A stretch of 64,000 nucleotides of DNA from Nitrospirota bacterium (GTDB taxonomy: Bacteria > Nitrospirota > UBA9217). Location: assembly GCA_963754875.1 (NCBI GenBank), contig CAVWHO010000020.1, positions 1 through 64,000 on the forward strand. Direction: 5' to 3'. The stretch's first letter is position 1. Each line of letters begins with the position of its first letter. The notes beneath the pieces are model-generated. The model made no database searches. It saw only the letters and a program-made list of their open reading frames with translations, and had not been told where the DNA came from. A program made the translations under genes and the position numbers. Below are positions 60,301 through 64,000 of this stretch, one piece after another.

Positions 60301-63300
60301 CATTGTGCGTACTAATTGGAGAATGGTCGTTTTGCACAAGCGGCTTCTCGAATGGAGTCCGTCAGGCGACCCGGATAGAAAGAGCCAAACGGGCCTCGCC
60401 GGTGTTTGTCGGACGATGTGGTTCGCCCCCTTTCTTGCAGTCGCAATGGTGATCTATCTGGCCTTGTCGAATTTTGCTGCATGGGGAGCTGCGGGGCCTC
60501 TCCTGGCGCTCTGGTTTGCATCACCCCTCATCGCGTGGTGGATCAGCCGGCCTCTTGTCTTGCATAAAGCAAGATTGACAGACGACCAGACCCTTTTTCT
60601 CCGGAAGCTTTCGCGAAAAACCTGGGCCTTCTTCGAGACCTTTGTGGGCCCGGGGGACCATTGGCTGCCGCCTGATAACTATCAGGAGAATCCTGTCCCT
60701 GTTGTCGCGCATCGCACGTCGCCCACGAACATGGGGCTTGCGCTCCTGGCAAATTTGTCCGCCTTTGACTTCGGCTACATTGGGGCGGGGCAGTTCATCG
60801 AACGCACGACGAAGGCTCTTTCTACGATGGAAGCGTTGGCTCGATACCGGGGCCACTTCTACAACTGGTACGACACGCAGTCTCTGAAGCCGCTGTCGCC
60901 CAAGTACGTATCTACGGTGGACAGCGGCAACCTTGCGGCCCATCTGCTGACCTTGCGGCAGGGGCTTTTGGCACTGCCTGATCAGACGATCGTCCCTGCG
61001 AGATTGTGTGACGGGCTCTCCGACACTCTGGAGATTCTCGTGGAAGCCCTGGAAGCTGAAGAACCGCCTGGCGACTCGACGAAGCTCGTTGAAGTCCTTG
61101 CTCGACTTCGGAAGGACCTGAATTCCTCGTACTCATCCCAGCCAAGTACGCTCGCTGCTGCGCGACTCTGCCTTGAGAGCCTAACAACGTCCGCAGACGA
61201 GCTGCTTTCCCGGATCGATAATTCCAATATCCTTCTGGAGAACCAGGCAGCATGGTGGGCGCGCGCCTTTGCCGCACAATGCAGGGCCGCGCAAAACGAA
61301 CTGACCCTCCTCGTCCCCATGTCCGATCTCAGCAGCGATGAGATCCCGACGTTGCGCGATCTGGCTCATAGAGGAAACGATAGTGCCGCAGAGAGGATTC
61401 TTGCTGTCGAACGGCTTGCAGTGCAGTGCGGTGAATTGAGCCGCATGGAGTACGAGTTCCTGTTCGACAAGGCGAGTCATTTGCTGTCCATCGGGTACAA
61501 CGTCGACGGCCGCAGGCGGGATACGGGTTACTACGATCTGCTGGCTTCGGAAGCGAGACTCTGCAGTTTCGTAGGGATTTCCCAAGGACAATTACCGCAG
61601 GAGAGCTGGTTTGCCCTTGGCCGCCTGCTCACGAACGCGGGCGGAGAGCCGATCCTCGTTTCCTGGAGCGGTTCGATGTTCGAATACCTCATGCCGCTCC
61701 TGGTGATGCCGACGTATGAACGCACGCTGCTCGACGAGACCTGCAAGGCGGCGGTGGCCAGACAGATCGAGTACGGGAGGGAGCGCGGTGTGGCTTGGGG
61801 CATTTCGGAGTCCGGCTACAACACGATCGACGCTCATCTCAATTACCAGTACCGCGCCTTCGGCGTACCCGGCCTTGGACTCAAACGCGGGCTCGCCGAC
61901 GATCTGGTCATCGCTCCCTATGCCTCAATGCTTGCGCTCATGGTGGCGCCCGAGGCAGCCTGCCTGAATCTGCAGCGACTCGCTGCGGAAGGAAGTGAGG
62001 GCAAATTCGGGTTCTATGAAGCGATCGACCACACGCCTTCCCGTCTGCAGCGCGGCCAATCGAGCAACCTGGTCCGGTCCTTCATGGCGCATCATGTAGG
62101 CATGAGCTTTCTCTCCCTGGCCCATCTGCTCCTGGACCGTCCCATGCAGAAACGCTTCGAGTCGGACCCCTTGTTCCAGGCAACCATGCTTCTCCTCCAG
62201 GAGCGCGTGCCGAGGGCCACGGCGTTCTATTCGCAGATTGCCGATCGTTCCGATTCCTATGCGGCTTCCTCCGGCATGGAGGCGTCGTTGCGCGTCTTCA
62301 CCAGCCCGGACACGTTGTCTCCGCAGGTGCAGTTGCTGTCGAACGGCAGATACCATGTGATGATCACAAACGCGGGGGGCGGGTACAGCCGCTGGAAGGA
62401 CATCGCGGTCACTCGCTGGCAAGAAGACACGACCCGCGACGATTGGGGAGCGTTCTGTTACATCCGCGACGCGGAAAGCGGGGAGTTCTGGTCAACAGCA
62501 CATCAGCCTGCGCTCAAACGCTCGAAGAATTATGAAGCAATTTTCTCGGAAGGCCGCGCTGAGTTTCGCCGCCGGGACTATGACTTTGACACCCATACCG
62601 AGATTGCTGTTTCTCCGGAAGACGATATCGAGCTGCGGCGGATCACGATCACCAACCGCAGCCGGACACGTCGAGAGATCGAGGTCACGAGTTACGCTGA
62701 GGTCGTGCTTGCGCCGCCTGCCTCGGACGCGCTGCATCCGGCGTTCAGCAATCTTTTTGTTCAGACGGAAATCATCGAGCAAAGGCAGGCGATCCTCTGC
62801 ACCCGCCGCCCCCGCTCCCAGGACGAGCACGCGCCATGGATGTTCCATCTGATGGCCGTGCACGGTGCGGAAATCGGCCAGGTTTCCTATGAGACCGATC
62901 GCCTGCAGTTCATCGGTCGAGGAAGGACCGTTGTCGACCCGCGGGCAATGGACAGGCCAGGAGCGCTCACGGACAGCCAGGGCTCGGTGCTCGATCCGAT
63001 CGTCGCTATCCGGTATCGGATCACCCTTGATCCGGAGAAATCGGCAACCATCAATATCGTCACCGGCATCGGCGAAACCCGGGACGTCTGTATGGGCCTT
63101 GTTGAGAAATATCAGGACCGGCGGCTTGCGGACCGCGTTTTCGACCTGGCCTGGACCCACAGCCAGGTGCTCCTTCGCCAGATCAATGCCACAGAAGCCG
63201 ATGCCCAGCTTTATGGACGCCTTGCCGGCTCTGTTCTCTATGCCAATTCTTCTCTGCGGGCCGACCCGGGCATCCTCCTGAAGAACCGCCGCGGTCAGTC

Positions 63301-64000
63301 CGGTCTCTGGGGCTACTCCATTTCCGGAGATCTCCCGATCGTGCTCTTGCGGATCGAAGATCCGGCAAATATCGAGCTGGTGCGCCAGCTCGTACAGGCC
63401 CACGCGTACTGGCGTCTCAAGGGTCTGGCAGTAGACCTCGTGATCTGGAATGAAGATCACGCCGGTTACCGGCAGCTTTTGCAGGAACAGATCATGGGGC
63501 TCATTGCCGCAGGCGTTGAAGCGAACGTGGTGGAGCGACCGGGCGGCATCTTCGTAAGACCAATGGACCAGATATCGACCGAGGACCGTATCCTGCTTCA
63601 AACAGTGGCCCGCGCCGTGATCACCGACAGCCTGGGCACGCTTGCGGACCAGGTAGACCGCCGCGCTCTTCCGGCCGCGCCGGCGCCGCGCCTCGTACCA
63701 ACGGGTCGCCACAGGCCTGAATCCGGAGGCGCCGCAATAACAGCCCGCAACGACCTGCTGTTCTTTAACGGTATCGGTGGATTCACGCCTGACGGCCGCG
63801 AGTACATCATTACGACCACGCAGGGGCAGAGTACTCCGGCGCCCTGGGTAAACGTGATGGCAAACCCGCATTTCGGGACAGTTATCTCGGAGAGCGGAGC
63901 TGCTTACACATGGAGAGAAAATGCTCACGAGTTCCGCCTCACTCCCTGGAACAATGATCCGGTAAGCGATTCCAGTGGAGAAGCTTTTTATCTCCGCGAT
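57398..64000 (+). CDS. ndvB: Cyclic beta-1,2-glucan synthase (NdvB/Cgs; GT84 + GH94-like), partial, runs off window
   Basis: TTG start after AAGGAG; PLRSELFS, EWLLDNFYLIEEQI, WMGYERKRGKL, VITLDTDT, LSHDLIEG, RWIRGDWQ, SWSGSMFEYLMP; same frame at 57398, 59201 and 63911. Confidence 0.92.
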   Translation, partial: MKLSNKTILGNLPTVLARLQGNDLKTKCAVYEPPLRSELFSSDQMEQHGKTLAGLHKLSPGHAPDRLLARLAENEAILTGTRGLLVEAVETDSRITPAAEWLLDNFYLIEEQIRAARRHLPKGYSRELPRLQGGPSAGLPRVYDIALETISHGDGRVDPESLSSFLAAYQTVTVLKLGELWAIPIMLRLALIENLRRVGARIAIDRMDRDLAGYWADRITEIAAQDPKSLILVIADMARSNPPLKSAFVAEFARRLQGQGPALAMPLTWIEQHLSECSMTIDQMVQSENQQQAADQVSMSNSIGSLRFLAVMDWREFVETMSVVEQTLHGDPRGTYGKMDFSTRDRYRHVVEKIARSGRLSEREVAVKAIRLARESTAHGDDSQGKDERTAHVGYYLIDKGLTQLERLAGARTSVTESLRKASSRFPLFLYLGAIILFTTIFFYGLVAKAHGSDLEPWLLLVTGILSLICASHLAIAVVNWLATLLVAPHSLPRMDFSKGIPPESRTLAIVPTMLTSTQGIEDLIEALEVRFLANRDNNLHFGLLTDFQDAAEEMLLSDEPLLLLVREKIEELNEKYGDANSDRFFLFHRPRRWNPNECVWMGYERKRGKLAELNFFLRSITDTDEIINTPPSPSPSPARGEGCTISPPLMGGDKGEGVGISANGFSLVVGNIAALSNVQYVITLDTDTQLPRDSARQLVGAMAHPLNRALYDESQQRVVAGYGILQPRVAVSLPGTNRSRYARMEGSNPGIDPYTRAVSDVYQDLFHEGSFIGKGIYEVDAFERALCGQFPENRILSHDLIEGCYARAGLLSDVMVYEEYPSRYSADVSRRHRWIRGDWQLLPWLRPNIPGSGPGLAKQRQKNPLSLLSQWKLFDNLRRSLVPSALTVLFVLGWTVLSSAWFWTLSILGIILIPSLISSLLDLLRKPEDVLLGQHLAATGRAIGRRFARDVFTLVCLPYEAFFSLDAIVRTNWRMVVLHKRLLEWSPSGDPDRKSQTGLAGVCRTMWFAPFLAVAMVIYLALSNFAAWGAAGPLLALWFASPLIAWWISRPLVLHKARLTDDQTLFLRKLSRKTWAFFETFVGPGDHWLPPDNYQENPVPVVAHRTSPTNMGLALLANLSAFDFGYIGAGQFIERTTKALSTMEALARYRGHFYNWYDTQSLKPLSPKYVSTVDSGNLAAHLLTLRQGLLALPDQTIVPARLCDGLSDTLEILVEALEAEEPPGDSTKLVEVLARLRKDLNSSYSSQPSTLAAARLCLESLTTSADELLSRIDNSNILLENQAAWWARAFAAQCRAAQNELTLLVPMSDLSSDEIPTLRDLAHRGNDSAAERILAVERLAVQCGELSRMEYEFLFDKASHLLSIGYNVDGRRRDTGYYDLLASEARLCSFVGISQGQLPQESWFALGRLLTNAGGEPILVSWSGSMFEYLMPLLVMPTYERTLLDETCKAAVARQIEYGRERGVAWGISESGYNTIDAHLNYQYRAFGVPGLGLKRGLADDLVIAPYASMLALMVAPEAACLNLQRLAAEGSEGKFGFYEAIDHTPSRLQRGQSSNLVRSFMAHHVGMSFLSLAHLLLDRPMQKRFESDPLFQATMLLLQERVPRATAFYSQIADRSDSYAASSGMEASLRVFTSPDTLSPQVQLLSNGRYHVMITNAGGGYSRWKDIAVTRWQEDTTRDDWGAFCYIRDAESGEFWSTAHQPALKRSKNYEAIFSEGRAEFRRRDYDFDTHTEIAVSPEDDIELRRITITNRSRTRREIEVTSYAEVVLAPPASDALHPAFSNLFVQTEIIEQRQAILCTRRPRSQDEHAPWMFHLMAVHGAEIGQVSYETDRLQFIGRGRTVVDPRAMDRPGALTDSQGSVLDPIVAIRYRITLDPEKSATINIVTGIGETRDVCMGLVEKYQDRRLADRVFDLAWTHSQVLLRQINATEADAQLYGRLAGSVLYANSSLRADPGILLKNRRGQSGLWGYSISGDLPIVLLRIEDPANIELVRQLVQAHAYWRLKGLAVDLVIWNEDHAGYRQLLQEQIMGLIAAGVEANVVERPGGIFVRPMDQISTEDRILLQTVARAVITDSLGTLADQVDRRALPAAPAPRLVPTGRHRPESGGAAITARNDLLFFNGIGGFTPDGREYIITTTQGQSTPAPWVNVMANPHFGTVISESGAAYTWRENAHEFRLTPWNNDPVSDSSGEAFYLRD
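59288..59372. repeat. Palindromic REP-like element inside ndvB, in frame
   Basis: CCCTCTCCC-GCGAG-GGGAGAGGG and CCCCTCCC-TTGAT-GGGAGGGG hairpins enclosed by CACCCTCGCC/GGGGAGGGTG. Confidence 0.85.

Noticed and set aside
1..64000. CRISPR array, rRNA or intact tRNA
   Set aside because: No regularly spaced 25-45 bp direct repeats with unique spacers and no complete structural RNA gene recognised

Overview
GC-rich bacterial window from what looks like an anaerobic, cytochrome-rich organism (Nitrospirota/Desulfobacterota-like; lineage is my inference from gene content). Five blocks. (1) 1-16.2 kb: respiratory cluster with two FeS+NrfD quinol modules (one CbcSTU-like), a divergent Rieske/cytochrome b/pentaheme c (CbcVWX-like) operon, an 11-heme NapC/NirT-like cytochrome, two triheme c7 paralogs separated by a group IIC intron whose RT is broken by an IS630 element, and an 802-aa heptaheme protein. 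(2) 16.6-24.5 kb: orphan DsrT/RsbRD_N-like gene, DUF488, MFS, Zn glucose dehydrogenase, GH15 glucoamylase, S41 protease. (3) 24.6-27.9 kb: AT-richer TerY-P triad (vWA, PP2C, kinase-OB), a probable defence module. (4) 28.7-56 kb: the best candidate for an uncharacterised system, a co-directional locus with a duplicated pseudo-receiver/AraC regulator, a ~3100-aa DUF11-repeat surface protein, a triple-OmpA/beta-barrel protein, three TPR proteins, a GltF-like peptide, an ExbB/ExbD/ExbD motor, a GltG-like TonB-C protein and Pal, i.e. an Agl-Glt-like proton motor coupled to a giant adhesin. Many single-base insertions at 51.5-55.2 kb look like sequencing errors. (5) 57.4 kb-end: NdvB/Cgs cyclic beta-1,2-glucan synthase (absent from the ORF track, runs off the window) with an in-frame palindromic insertion. 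No CRISPR array, rRNA or intact tRNA seen. Family assignments come from motif recognition, not database searches.
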